Of a DNA stretch of 64,000 nucleotides, positions 22,226 to 36,268 are shown piece after piece. Position numbers and translations under genes: made by a program. The notes beneath the pieces were generated by a model, which searched no databases, was not told the origin of the DNA, and was given only the letters and a program-made list of their open reading frames with translations. How positions within the stretch are numbered: position 1 is the first letter of the stretch; every line of letters begins with the position of its first letter. Source of the stretch: Macrostomum hystrix (Eukaryota > Animalia > Platyhelminthes); NCBI GenBank assembly GCA_950097015.1, contig CATNEN010000029.1, positions 2,728,001 to 2,792,000 of the forward strand, given 5' to 3'.

Positions 22226-25102
22226 GAATTCAATATCTCTCAAAGAGAGTACTTTTTCAGGTATTTAAAACATCTTTGAAGAGATTACGTCATCTAGAAT
22301 TCAACATCATTCGACCAACTAATTCTTCAGGAATATAACATCTTTCGACGGCAAAGTTTCGTTAGGAATTAAGAAATAACCTTTCAAGAGAGTTCTTTGC
22401 CAGAATTAGCTTTTTAAATGTTTTACTAAGTTTATTGTAGGATCGTATGTTAAGAAGCTACTAAATGGGAATCTTAAAAATGCATTAGGGTTCGATTGAT
22501 TGACTTTAAAATGTCGAAGGCGCATCATTCACTTTAGGAACATATAAAGTAATTAGGACATGTAGGGTAATTTTATCCCAGGTGGGCAAGCGAAGGTCAC
22601 GTGTGCTACCCCTGACCCTGCAAAGCTTGAAATAATGTGACATGGAGTTTTCTTGGTCGAGTCTTAATTGCCAGTGACGGTCGTCACGCACGATTTCTGA
22701 CCTCCGCTTGGTGAAACGAAAGACGAAAAGGAAAGTATTAGCGAGCGGTAGGTCGCAGAGGAGTTAGGAAAATTCCTGGTGCTGCTCTCGCTGCTTCACG
22801 GATCGAATCTCTTCTTGAAGGTGGAGCATGTAGGAGAGGGGACTAAGACTCAGAAGTCTCTTTTTGTATCTGGATTTTGGAGCACGTACAGTATTTCCTA
22901 CATGTATATGCATTGAGAGGTGAGTCGATGAAGCTTCTCCAAGCTAAAAGTGACGAAATGTCTATCTGAAATTTATGTCGCCGAAATTTCCCAGTATCAA
23001 ACTGAGGACCACTTGTACTAAAAATGCAGGCGTTAACCGCCCTGAAATGAAATAAAAGAATACATTCATAGTATTTGTAGGGGGCTGTAGGCACTGTAGC
23101 CTCGTTAGGTCACAGTCAACCCGAGGCCAGTGTGGACGTCCATGCCGCCCACACCTACAAACACACTCTGATATTAACGATGTACGAAGGCACTCCCGAG
23201 TGAACATCTGCCCTGTTAACTCGACTGTCAGTCGAGAGTATATTCTATGGCCTAACCCTATTCTGTGTTCATGGATTGCTGATGGAGCACTATCGTTTGC
23301 TCATCCGAGGTATGCGTATGTCTATGGTCAAGATTCCCCAAAAATCGAGGGATATTGGCCAGCTTGTCCATCCTCAGCAGGTGCGCTAATTTATCCGTCC
23401 AAGACTTGCAAAAAAATAAATGACAGCTGCAGTTTAGCCAGGTCTGCGTGATCGCGACACTTCTAGCTGCTTCAGCAAACTCTTCTCCCAATGCGCTGTT
23501 ATCGACGCTATATTGCGCCACATACTAAATGATGCTGACTCCAATGTGTTTTTTTCTACCTGAACGAGAAGCTGCCGCCAATCATCATCAGCTCTGGCTG
23601 GCGTGTTTTCACACCGGGCCCTCTGGCGTCAAACTGGTTAATATTTCTCAGCCTAGCCCGTACTCGCAAGCTAAATATACATATCGATCAGTTCAAACAG
23701 CGCACTCACTCTCCCATACGTGCTTTTTAAAAAGCGCACAAGCAATGAGTTAATAATCAGTCAATTATTCATGAAGGCTTTTTTGGTCGAGCTGATTTTC
23801 TTAAATCGGAGCCCACGAAAACTGATTCAGCAAAGTCTCCAGCCGCGCAGCAGATTAACTGCTTTCTGGCCTGGATTGGCCGAGGCGCGCTTCACTGAGC
23901 GATCTCAAACACTTTCTCTCGCTCTCTCGCCCCTGCTCTCCCTCCCGTTCCATGCTGGGAGCTGCCTCTCTGAATGACACTTCCATCCTCTCATTGGGGA
24001 TAAGAGAGCTGCTACTTTCCCTTAAGAATTTGCCGAGTCTCCGCCCATTTACGGGCCCAACATCCTTCGCCTTGTTTAAGCTCCCCTTGCCAACTGGATT
24101 CTCTTCCCTCTGATCTCTTTATTTTTTTAGCAGGCGGCGGTTTTAGCTCTGCTTTCCGCCTGCAGTGCTCCAGAGTGGCGTCCCTTCACCCACGATCCCC
24201 ACTACGGCAGCCCGGGCATGGGACTGCAGCATCTGCATCAAAGCTCACTCGATCCGGCTCTCGAGCAATGCGCCTCTATCTAAATCAGCCTCTCTACACG
24301 CAGGCCTATAGTTGTCGATTTTGAGCTGTAAGCTCTGTGTCGAAAGCTCGATTCACTTGGTTGCGCCTGCTTAGCAACTGTGTTGGTTTGGGCCCTTTTA
24401 GAAACTCACTGGACTCACTGGCTCCACGCACCAGGTGGAAAATTAACCGAAGCTCCCACTTTGATTCACGAGCTCATCGAGTCCGTGGCGAGGCCACCTT
24501 CAGCCGTGAAACCTGAAGTCGTGGGTCCTCGCTGGCTGTGGGTTGCCGAAACAATTATTGTTAATATTACTATTATTACTACAACGAGCTTATGCTTCGG
24601 GATATCTAAAAACTGAGGAAAACCTTCATCTTAAACTTGAATTCTCAAAAAATATATTTTTTAGTCCGCCTGTCAACGAAAAAAAGTTTTTTTCACAAGA
24701 AAAAAAGAAAAAAAAATTAAAAAATTCAATTGACGACACCTTACAAGAAAAAAAATACAAAATCGGTCCAAAATTCCGAATTCGTCTATCCATTGGTCAG
24801 AGCAAATGGAAACCTCTACAGCCAATAGGACCGCGCCTTGTCAAGCCCAAAACGGGAGTTGAACGCGGCTTTCTCCTAGCTCAAAGCACTGTCTGGCATA
24901 AAATATTGTTTCCGACGAGACGCAAAACAACACAATACAGACACTGCTCACTGTGCTAAAATTCTAAATACCATTTCCTTGCCTGAACTTGGCTGCCAAG
25001 TAAGTGCTCATTGCGTTTATTACTTGACATTAGTCACATCTACCTTTGGTTTTGGCACCTAATCTCCACAAAATAAATATCAAAGAATACATTTTCCAAG
25101 AC

Positions 25103-27090
25103 GTGAGATTCCGAAGGACCGCGTGTTTCAGAGACATGTGATTCTGAAGGACTGCATGCGTGTTTCAGAGACATGAGATTCTGAAGGACCGCGTGTTTCA
25201 GAGACATGTGATTCTGAAGGACTGCATGCGTGTTTCAGAGACATGAGATTCTGATGAGACCGTGTGTTTCAGAGACATGAGATTCTGAGGGACCACGTGT
25301 TTCAGAGACATGAGATTCTGAAGGACCGCGGGTTTCAGAGACATGAGATTCTGAAGGACTGCATGTGTGTTTCAGAGACATGAGATTCTGAGGGACGACG
25401 TGTTTCAGAGACATGAGATTCTGATGAGACCGTGTATTTCAGAGACATGAGATTCTGATGAGACCGTGTATTTCAGAGACATGAGATTCTGAGGGACCGT
25501 GTGTTTCAGAGACATGAGATTCTGATGAGACCGTGTGTTTCAGAGACATGAGATTCTGATGAGACCGTGTGTTTCAGAGACATGAGATTCTGAGGGACCA
25601 CGTGTTTCAGAGACATGAGATTCTGAAGGACCGCGGGTTTCAGAGACTTGAGATTCTGATGAGACCATGTGTTTCAGAGACATGAAATTCTGTAGCACCG
25701 CGAGTTTCAGAGACATGAGATTCTGATGAGACCATGTGTTTCAGAGACATGAGATTCTGAGGGACCGCGGGTTTCAGAGACATGAGATTCTGAGGGACCA
25801 CGTGTTTCAGAGACATGAGATTCTGAAGGACCGCGGGTTTCAGAGACTTGAGATTCTGAAGGACCGCGCGCTTCAGAGACTTGAGATTCTGATGAGACCG
25901 TGTGTTTCAGAGACATGCGATTCTGATGAGACCGTGTTTTTCAGAGACATGAGATTCTGATGAGACCGTGTGTTTCAGAGACATGAGATTCTGATGAGAC
26001 CGTGTGTTTCAGAGACATGAGATTCTGATGAGACCGTGTGTTTCAGAGACATGAGATTCTGATGAGACCGTGTGTTTCAGAGACATGAGATTCTGATGAG
26101 ACCGTGTGTTTCAGAGACATGAGATTCTGATGAGACCGTGTGTTTCAGAGACATGCGATTCTGATGAGACCATGTGTTTCAGAGACATGAGATTCTGAAG
26201 GACCGCGGGTTTCAGAGACTTGAGATTCTGAAGGACCGCGTGTTTCAGAGACATGAGATTCTGAGGGACCACGTGTTTCAGAGACATGAGATTCTGAAGG
26301 ACCGCGGGTTTCAGAGACTTGAGATTCTGATGAGACCATGTGTTTCAGAGACATGAAATTCTGTAGCACCGCGAGTTTCAGAGACATGAGATTCTGATGA
26401 GACCATGTGTTTCAGAGACATGAGATTCTGAGGGACCGCGGGTTTCAGAGACATGAGATTCTGAGGGACCACGTGTTTCAGAGACATGAGATTCTGAAGG
26501 ACCGCGGGTTTCAGAGACTTGAGATTCTGAAGGACCGCGCGCTTCAGAGACTTGAGATTCTGATGAGACCGTGTGTTTCAGAGACATGCGATTCTGATGA
26601 GACCGTGTTTTTCAGAGACATGAGATTCTGATGAGACCGTGTGTTTCAGAGACATGAGATTCTGATGAGACCGTGTGTTTCAGAGACATGAGATTCTGAT
26701 GAGACCGTGTGTTTCAGAGACATGAGATTCTGATGAGACCGTGTGTTTCAGAGACATGCGATTCTGATGAGACCATGTGTTTCAGAGACATGAGATTCTG
26801 AAGGACCGCGGGTTTCAGAGACTTGAGATTCTGAAGGACCGCGTGTTTCAGAGACATGAGATTCTGAGGGACCACGTGTTTCAGAGACATGAGATTCTGA
26901 GGGACCACGTGTTTCAGAGACATGAGATTCTGAAGGACCGCGTGTTTCAGAGACTTGAGATTCTGATGAGACCACGTATTTCAGAGACATGAGATTCTGA
27001 TGAGACCGTGTATTTCAGAGACATGAGATTCTGATGAGACCGTGTATTTCAGAGACATGAGATTCTGTAGCACCGCGAGTTTCAGAGACA
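25103..27090. repeat. 33-bp satellite GTGTTTCAGAGACATGAGATTCTGAAGGACCGC with a 671-bp internal duplication
   Basis: Direct reading; ORF-track translations at 25707 and 26378, and at 25736 and 26407, are identical (offset 671). Confidence 0.97.
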
Positions 27091-27954
27091 CGGTTGATTT
27101 ATTTAGGCACAGAAGTCTTATTAATTGCTAAAATAGATTACACAATCAGCTAATTAAGCGGCACAATATGCACAGAATAAAAGACAGTCATAAAGCTACA
27201 CTAAATCACGGTGATTAAGTCAAATGCCACTGCATATACCAGCCCACCCGCTGTTCCGTGTCCGGCTATCCATTTCTAGCCTTCGGTTGTATCCCGTGGT
27301 TGGAGTTATTGGGATTGGGATCAAACTGCAAGGCTTGCAATCCTATAGAGGATTTCTGGTGGTCCAGTGGGAGAGAGATGTTGGCGGTGTGCGGAATTTA
27401 ATTCGGCTGTGCCTTCCAGTAGCTGCTGCCCCCCATCCACTTATTATTGGCCTGGCAATTACGGTTGCCACCCTTACGGCATCTGTCGGGTTCGCTCTTT
27501 TTTTTCGCCCGATCCGTGCCGTTTGCAGACCCCGCCCAAACAATCCCATCAGCCGCTCACATTGCTGCTGCTGCGAAGCTGTACCAACATAGCCTAGCCT
27601 CTCCTATAGCTCTTCATCTTTTAGCCGGGTTTATACACTCTAAGGCCGGCTCTTTTTGCGGATTTTAGTATAGATTATAATTTTCTGCCTGGCGAAATTT
27701 TTGACATGATCCGAACTCCAACGCCAACAACCTCCCTCACTATTTCAAAATCACCTCTCTCTCCCTGTAAGAATCTGATTTCCTCGATAAGGATAGGGAT
27801 TTAAAATTTGACTTTGCAGCGCAACAGCTGCACGTGCAACTCCCATATGAAGACCCGATCGCCTGTTAAGCCCCCGCTTTAAATTCATCTGCCTGCCTGA
27901 CTTTGTGAATAAGCCTTTAGTTACTTGCATCACTTCTTTTGCAAGTCGCCACAA

Positions 27955-28822
27955 TTGCAAATCACAATCCCACTTGACTGAACCACAATCCCGCTAGATT
28001 GAATCACAATCCCACTTGACTGAACCACAATCCCGCTAGATTGAATCACAATCCCACTTGACTGAACCACAATCCCGCTAGATTGAATCACAATCCCACT
28101 TGGCTGAACCACAATCCCGCTAGATTGAATCACAATCCCACTTGACTGAACCACAATCCCGCTAGATTGAATCACAATCCCACTTGACTGAACCACAATC
28201 CCATTAGACTGAATCACAATCCCACTAGACTGAATCACAATCCCATTAGACTGAATCACAATCCCACTAGACTGAATCACAATCCCACTAGACTGTATCA
28301 CAATCCCATTAGACTGAATCACAATCCCACTAGACTGAATCACAATCCCACTAGACTGTATCACAATCCCACTAGACTGAATCACAATCCCACTAGACTG
28401 AATCACAATCCCACTAGACTGTATCACAATCCCACTAGACTGAATCACAATCCCACTAGACTGAATCACAATCCCACTAGACTGAATCACAATCCCACTA
28501 GACTGTATCACAATCCCACTAGACTGAATCACAATCCCACTAGACAGTATCACAATCCCACTAGACTGAATCACAATCCCACTAGACTGAATCACAATCC
28601 CACTAGACTGAATCACAATCCCACTAGACTGAATCACAATCCCACTTGGCTGAACCAAAATCCCACTTGACTGAATCACAATCCCACTTGACTGAACCAC
28701 AATCCCGCTAGATTGAATCACAATCCCACTTGACTGAACCACAATCCCGCTAGATTGAATCACAATCCCACTTGACTGAACCACAATCCCATTAGACTGA
28801 ACCAAAATCCCACTTGACTGAA
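27955..28822. repeat. 21-bp minisatellite AATCACAATCCCACTAGACTG
   Basis: Direct reading; source of the spurious QSSGIVI ORF. Confidence 0.97.
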
Positions 28823-30212
28823 TATGCCATATGAGGTTTTGATAATGCCTCGAAGGCAAAGTTGGCTTGCAGTTTTTTTGCTAAGTGTTGTCTATATTAA
28901 TTTGTGAGCTGAGAGAAAGTGTCGTTGCCATGGAAACGGTTCAGACAATTCTATAGGCAATGATCAATAAGGCCTGCCAGCCTTGAGCTTGATTACTCCT
29001 GTCGCAGTCTCTCTCCCTCCTGCTGCATCAAGGAGAGCGCCCAGATGCCATCGCCAACCATCCCAATATACAATAGTTGATTAATAAGTAACTAAAACTG
29101 ACGCGCAACATCTTCTCTCGACCCCACTATAGGATGCTGGGTTAAATATTGCGGCTCAATCCAGTACTGATCATGGCCACATCCTGATCTCCATCTCTAT
29201 GTCAGTCCCGCACATGCTTTTTTTGTCCCAGAAATTAGAAATCTGATATCCCCGCAACCCCGTCTGGGCCCGGGATTCGCGCCTGCTGAATAGAATATCG
29301 GCGTTGAAGTCCCAAGTCCTTCGGGTGAGAACACTGCGGACGCCAGTTTCTGCAGTGAACGGAAAGCCAGAAAGTTTTGGGGGGATGGACTGGGGATCAG
29401 CTCGGCTGTCCCATTGGAGCCGGTAATGAAGTGGACCAGACCGGCCCCAAGGGCTCCTCCAGAAAAACCAGCCATTCCCCTACCCCCCGGTCCTTGAAGG
29501 AGTTCATTGGAAGACGGGGCCTCTCTAACTAGTGCACTGGCTCGAGTCAACTCACAGTAGAGAAGCGGGCCAACTTCATTAACATGTCATAATCGTGTCC
29601 GCTGCCGCCATAAATCGTTCAGTGAGGGGATTTTTTGTGCTTCCCGGGCCCGAAAAACCGCGCCTTAGATGGGAGAAAAGAGGAGCGAGGGCCGGGATAG
29701 GGGACGAGCGTCCCCCCCAGTTTGGCCAGTTGTCCCATATTGACCCATAGTTAGACTCGCACTTACTGCTGTGCGAATATAAATACGAATAGAATTTGCC
29801 GGCCAGTCGTGCCTCAAGCCGGTATGTTCAAGCCCACGGGGGCATGACAAGACCGCTTGGGCCAAGGGTCGGGACATTCCTAAGGGCTTCCCTCCACGGA
29901 GCGATGGCGAAGGGTCAAAGCGGACCAAAAAAGTTCAAGAAGAGGAAGAGAATAACACAAGCTTCCTCAGAGAAGCGGTGAGCTCTACTGGAGCGAAAGT
30001 GATTTGCGTCATGCGCACAGGCGGGTCTTCTTCCATCGTCTGCCGCTGCTTGTGCGGCTCGGCCTTCTCTGGCTTGTGCGGGAGCAGTTTTTGCTGCAGC
30101 CAAAGGCAACTTTTACTAGAACAACCCCCCCTGCTTGTTCTGCGTTCCACCTTTATGTGTGAGGTTCTTCTGTTCTCCTTGGAAATAATGTGTGTTAATC
30201 TTCCCCTGCCTC

Positions 30213-31048
30213 GTACTGTCTCTCAGTCCCTCCGTACGGTCTCTCAGTCCATCCGCAATGTCTCTCAGTCCATCCGCAATGTCTCTCAGTCCATCCGCAA
30301 TGTCTCTCAGTCCATCCGTACTGTCTCTCAGTCCATCCGTACTGTCTCTCAGTCCATCCGCAATGTCTCTCAGTCCATCCGTACTGTCTTTCAGTCTCTC
30401 CTTACGGTCTCTCAGTCCATCCGTACTGTCTTTCAGTCCATCCGTACTGTCTTTCAGTCCATCCGTACTGTCTTTCAGTCCATCCGTACTGTCTTTCAGT
30501 CCATCCGTACTGTCTTTCAGTCCATCCGTACTGTCTCTCAGTCCATCCGTACTGTCTTTCAGTCCATCCGTACTGTCTTTCAGTCCATCCGTACTGTCTC
30601 TCAGTCCATCCGTACTGTCTCTCAGTCCCTCCGTACGGTCTCTCAGTCCATCCGTACTGTCTTTCAGTCCATCCGTACTGTCTCTCAGTCCATCCGTACT
30701 GTCTCTCAGTCCCTCCGTACGGTCTCTCAGTCCATCCGTACTGTCTTTCAGTCCATCCGTACTGTCTCTCAGTCCATCCGTACTGTCTCTCAGTCCATCC
30801 GTACTGTCTTTCAGTCCCTCCGTACGGTCTCTCAGTCCATCCGCAATGTCTCTCAGTCCATCCGTACTGTCTCTCAGTCCATCCGTACTGTCTTTCAGTC
30901 CCTCCGTACGGTCTCTCAGTCCATCCGTACTGTCTCTCAGTCCATCCGTACTGTCTCTCAGTCCATCCGCAATGTCTCTCAGTCCATCCGCAATGTCTCT
31001 CAGTCCATCCGTACTGTCTCTCAGTCCCTCCGTACCGTCTCTCAGCCC
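30213..31048. repeat. 21-bp minisatellite GTCTCTCAGTCCATCCGTACT
   Basis: Direct reading; open in four frames. Confidence 0.97.
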
Positions 31049-32062
31049 CTCCCATATCGTTCTCGTTCCGTTCAAAGTTTATTCGGATTCAGTCCACTTC
31101 TAAAGCGAAAAATCAGATGTAAAATAATGAGAAAGCAAAATAGAGTTGGGCAGGCTATCACTAATGAGATTGAGACATACTCATCGGCAACAGGTGTAGA
31201 AAGCATGCTGAGAGAAGAGCCAACCCTGTTACATGAATTCCGAAGTCAAACAGCACAGAACAGTCTCAAGGCGGCCTCGTTAGCGATGAAAATCTCTTTC
31301 AGCACACACCATTGAGCGCTCAGCTCAAAATACGATTAGCTTTTAATTCTAGCAGTAATCTGTGGGTTCTGCTTCGACTGCTAGATGCCCTAAGGCAGTG
31401 AGATGGTTGTGTTGCGATTCCTCACCTATGACTCGCTTTCACTGTCAGTCTTTCGATTCCCGACTCGAATAACAATCTCACCGTTCATGCAATCCAGAGA
31501 TTATCCACCCTTATTTAGCTGCGAGAGGAGGCGATGATAGAGCCATCGAGTTCCAATGTGTGGAGGTGGATATTGAGCCGTATAAACAGCTGGGCAACCC
31601 AGGTAGGACATTGTGGGTTAGCCTCGACTTCGACTTCGAAAGAAAGGAATGCACGAAAGCGGCACAAGAAATTGGGTGCTGGCTGGCGGGCGAAAGACAC
31701 TTCAGTGTCTCTCCTGCCGTATCTGGGACCGCATTGCTGATTCGCTAAGTTCTTATTTGTGTGCTTGGATCTGGCCTTTGCACTTTAGCTAGATTTCGCG
31801 GCTCCCTACTGTGTGTGTCTGTGCTGTGTGTGCCCGTGTCACACCGCGTCGCACTCGGTCCAGTGTGGTAGGCAGGGGGAATCGACATTGTTTATCCCTC
31901 CCACACACCGCAGACAATCACAAACAGGATTTTCCCTTCCGCTCTTTGCCACCCACCGACCTGCAGCCGGGAACCCCCGCCGTGTCTTAGATGCCAAGCA
32001 CAGCCTGAACTGGGCGCTGTCAGACAGTCACTCACATTCATTTCTCACCTGCTAACTTCTGC

Positions 32063-32918
32063 CTATCAGCTGGCTAACCCCTCCCTATCAGCTGGCTAAC
32101 CTCTCCCAATCAGCTGGCTAACCCCTCCCTATCAGCTGGCTAACCTCTCCCAATCAGCTGGCTAACCCCTCCCCATCAGCTGGCTAACCCCTCCCAATCA
32201 GCTGGCTAACCCCTCCCCATCAGCTGGCTAACCTCTCCCAATCAGCTGGCTAACCTCTCCCAATCAGCTGGCTAACCCCTCCCCATCAGCTGGCTAACCC
32301 CTCCCCATCAGCTGGCTAACCTCTCCCAATCAGCTGGCTAACCTCTCCCAATCAGCTGGCTAACCTCTCCCATCAGCTGGCTAACCCCTCCCCATCAGCT
32401 GGCTAACCTCTCCCATCAGCTGGCTAACCTCTCCCCATCAGCTGGCTAACCCCTCCCCATCAGCTGGCTAACCCCTCCCCATCAGCTGGCTAACCCCTCT
32501 CCCCATCAGCTGGCTAACCCCTCCCAATCAGCTGGCTAACCCCTCCCCATCAGCTGGCTAACCCCTCTCCATCAGCTGGCTAACCCCTCCCCATCAGCTG
32601 GCTAACCCCTCTCCCCATCAGCTGGCTAACCCCTCCCCATCAGCTGGCTAACCCCTCCCCATCAGCTGGCTAACCCCTCTCCCCATCAGCTGGCTAACCC
32701 CTCTCCATCAGCTGGCTAACCCCTCTCCATCAGCTGGCTAACCCCTCCCCATCAGCTGGCTAACCCCTCTCCCCATCAGCTGGCTAACCCCTCCCCATCA
32801 GCTGGCTAACCCCTCCCATCAGCTGGCTAACCTCTCCCATCAGCTGGCTAACCTCTCCCATCAGCTGGCTAACCCCTCCCCATCAGCTGGCTAACCCCTC
32901 CCCATCAACTGGCTAACC
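32063..32918. repeat. ~22-bp minisatellite ATCAGCTGGCTAACCCCTCCCC
   Basis: Direct reading; contains the palindrome CAGCTG. Confidence 0.97.
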
Positions 32919-33537
32919 TTTGTTAACAAGTCGCAAACTTTTAGTTGGACTACTATATATTAAAAAAGAATGTCTTGCTTTGAAAAAATGACTTGACACA
33001 ATGACAGCATACTGACAAGGGATGATTAATTTAGCAACTGGCTTAGACATGTAATGAATTGGCTATATTGTCTAAGATATTATGCCCTTATCAGTACCAA
33101 CCAAACCTCGGCCCTATCTTAACTTGCCACTTCAGTATTGGGTCATCAATCTTCAATTAGCAAATCGAGTCAAAATCTTTGTTGTCCTTGTTGACAACGT
33201 TCGCTACCATGTAGAAGCAGAATATCGAAGCAGTGAATCAGCACTGTATCACTATCGCATACAGAATGTTTCACCAATTTCAGGCCCACAACTTCTGCAT
33301 TTAATCTGACTATTGAAGTGGCAAGAAGTGGCGCCAAGGCTAAGTGTCACATGGAGTTCAACTTTCAGCTGCCGCCGCTGCCGCCGCTGCTGCTGCTGCT
33401 GCTTTCGGGTGAGCGACTTTCGTGCGTTTAACCGGGATCATTATTCATTAGGAGACGCAACCCTGGTGAGAGTGTCCATCACTAACGAATTTGGTACATC
33501 TAGAACCAGCCATAGATGTTGGCGCTTTGACCTGATG

Positions 33538-34124
33538 GCCTCGCCTCGCCTCAAGAACCTCACCTCTAGAACCTCGCCTCAAGAACCTCGCCTCAAGAAC
33601 CTCGCCTCTAGAACCTCGCCTCTAGAACCTCGCCTCTAGAACCTCGCCTCTAGAACCTCGCCTCTAGAACCTCGCCTCTAGAACCTCGCCTCTAGAACCT
33701 CGCCTCTAGAACCTCGCCTCTAGAACCTCGCCTCAAGAACCTCGCCTCAAGAACCTCGCCTCTAGAACCTCGCCTCTAGAACCTCGCCTCTAGAACCTCG
33801 CCTCTAGAACCTCGCCTCAAGAACCTCGCCTCTAGAACCTCGCCTCTAGAACCTCGCCTCTAGAACCTCGCCTCTAGAACCTCGCCTCTAGAACCTCGCC
33901 TCAAGAACCTCGCCTCTAGAACCTCGCCTCTAGAACCTCGCCTCTAGAACCTCGCCTCTAGAACCTCGCCTCAAGAACCTCGCCTCTAGAACCTCGCCTC
34001 TAGAACCTCGCCTCAAGAACCTCGCCTCTAGAACCTCGCCTCTAGAACCTCGCCTCTAGAACCTCGCCTCTAGAACCTCGCCTCTAGAACCTCGCCTCTA
34101 GAACCTCGCCTCTAGAACCTCGCC
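33538..34124. repeat. 14-bp minisatellite AGAACCTCGCCTCT
   Basis: Direct reading; near-perfect copies. Confidence 0.97.
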
Positions 34125-34444
34125 TGGCTTTACCTCTGCCGCTGTTACTGCAAGCAGACTCTGAGAGTGGCTCCCATCCTGTTTGAATAAAGGCCTGGCG
34201 CAAAAACTGTTTACTTAGGCCAAAATGTCACTCTGCTTTTCTTTCTAGCTTTTAACTGTCTCATTGTTGCGATAGTCTTGCCGCTGTTTCTTCCTGTCTT
34301 CTTCTTCCTTGGATGAGCTGCATCAAGTTATCCTTCAGTGAGAATCCTATTGCTGGCGAATGCTGCTTGTCTTATTTACTTTTCTTTCCTGTCTGCCTCG
34401 GATGAGCACAGGTGCTCACTTTAGCGGTAGCTACGTCTAGTTGC

Positions 34445-35078
34445 TCTCAGTCTCACAGTCCCACAGCCTCATAATCTCACTTACAGTCTGTGAGATTCAC
34501 TGTCTCACTGTCTGACTCTCACACTGTCTCACAGTCTCACAGCCTCACAATCTCACAGTCTCACAATCTCACAGCCTCACAATCTCACAGCCTCACAATC
34601 TCACAGCCTCACAATCTCACAGTCTCAGTCTCACAATCTCACAGCCTCACAATCTCACAGCCTCACAATCTCACAGTCTCAGTCTCACAATCTCACAGTC
34701 TCACTGTTTCAAATCCTTACAGTCTCACAATCTCACAGTCTCACTGTTTCACAATCTCACAGTCTCAGTCTCACAATCTCACAGTCTCACTGTTTCAAAT
34801 CCTTACAGTCTCACAGTCTCACTGTTTCACAATCTCACAATCTCACAGTCTCACTGTTTCACAATCCCACAGTCTCACCATCTCAAAGCCTCCAAGTCTC
34901 ACAGTCTCACTGTTTCACAATCCCACAGTCTCACCATCTCAAAGCCTCCAAGTCTCACAGTCTCACTGTTTCACAATCTCACAGTCTCACAATCTCACAG
35001 CCTCACAATCTCACAGCCTCACAATCTCACAGCCTCACAATCTCACAGTCTCACTGTTTCACATTCTTGCCGTCTCAC
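34445..35078. repeat. Degenerate CTCACAATCTCACAG(T/C)C low-complexity tandem repeat
   Basis: Direct reading. Confidence 0.9.
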
Positions 35079-35997
35079 AATGGAGAAGGAGACAGTCTCT
35101 AAGACACACATTATCAGAGCGTCTCAATCTCAAAAATCTCAAAATCTAGACTGGCAGACTAATTGGGATCTAGTTAGCATTGCAGTTGTTCCATTAGACT
35201 CTTGTCAATGCCTGTCTGTCAGTCATATGGAGTATGGAGTATGGGATCAGTGCGTGCATTTAGACATCGTCCCAGCAACTTTAGCGGACAAATTAGTTTG
35301 AAAATCCGGAACCCTCATTTGATCCGTTTCCGTCCCCCGCCCCAGCAGCCGTTGGCCTAGAAGCTGCTGTTGCTGAAGCTGCGCTCCGCACCCCTGCTTT
35401 GTCCAAGCCTTGCGAAACAGCCGCACAATGGGGCGAGAGCGGGGGGCTTTGACGTGAACCGCCACACGTCACAAATTTTAACAAGCTTTTCAAAAGCCTC
35501 TAAATCTCTCTCCTTCCCTAGTCTGAGAGTGGGATAACAGCCCGACTAAAAACCTGCGCCGTAAAATGCCTGCCGCCTCCGTTATCCTAAACCACTTTAA
35601 CCCCTTCTAGTAGCTTTTCCTGTCTGGTGATTTTTTTCGACTTCCAAAATAGCTTGCCCCGGGGCCGCAACAGATGCTGTCGGCATGAATGCTGCATGAG
35701 GCCGGGGCTATTGGAGGCCTCTTAATCGCTGCTAGGAACTCAAATTAATGCCCGACATGATCTGGCTACAGGGGACTCAGCGCGAGGGGAAGAATGAGGA
35801 TAAATTTGAGCGGAGATCAGCCATGCGAAATGAGTGACTGAAGCTGGAACGCTGTTATGGTTAGAAATTTGATATACTGTTAATAATTGCTGAAAGGAGA
35901 GTGAAATAAAATCAGGATCGAGAGAAAATGACACGGAAGTTAGAAATTGCACCTAGTAGCAGATGTACAGCCAGTGGCACAGCCGCGGCTATTGCGC

Positions 35998-36268
35998 GTA
36001 GCTCCTGTCGTTGGGATTCGAACTCGCGACCTCTCACTCAGAAGTCCGTAGCTCCTTGTGATTGGGATTCGAACTCGCGACCTCTCAGTTAGAAGTCCGT
36101 AGCTCCATGTGATTGGGTCTTGAACTCACGACCTCTCACTCAGAAGTCCGTAGCTCCTTGTGATTGGGATTCGAACTCGCGATCTCTCAGTTAGAAGTCC
36201 GTAGCTCCTGTCATTGGGATTCGAACTCGCGACCTCTCAGTTAAAAGTCCGTAGCTCCTGTCATTGGG
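35998..36268 (-). repeat. Tandem array (5 x 50-51 bp) of a tRNA-like 3' half (anticodon-loop-like segment plus T-arm/B-box)
   Basis: The reverse-complement unit CGGACTTCTAACTGAGAGGTCGCGAGTTCGAATCCCAA contains GTTCGAATCC (B-box) and GGACTTCTAA, as in tRNA-Arg(UCU). There is no D-arm or 5' acceptor strand, so it is not a functional tRNA. Confidence 0.75.

Noticed and set aside
27930-31315. 309-aa QSSGIVI and 445-aa TVSQSIR repeat ORFs
   Set aside because: Both arise from stop-free 21-bp arrays; the 30-kb array is open in four frames at once, and the non-repeat flanks are not recognisable.
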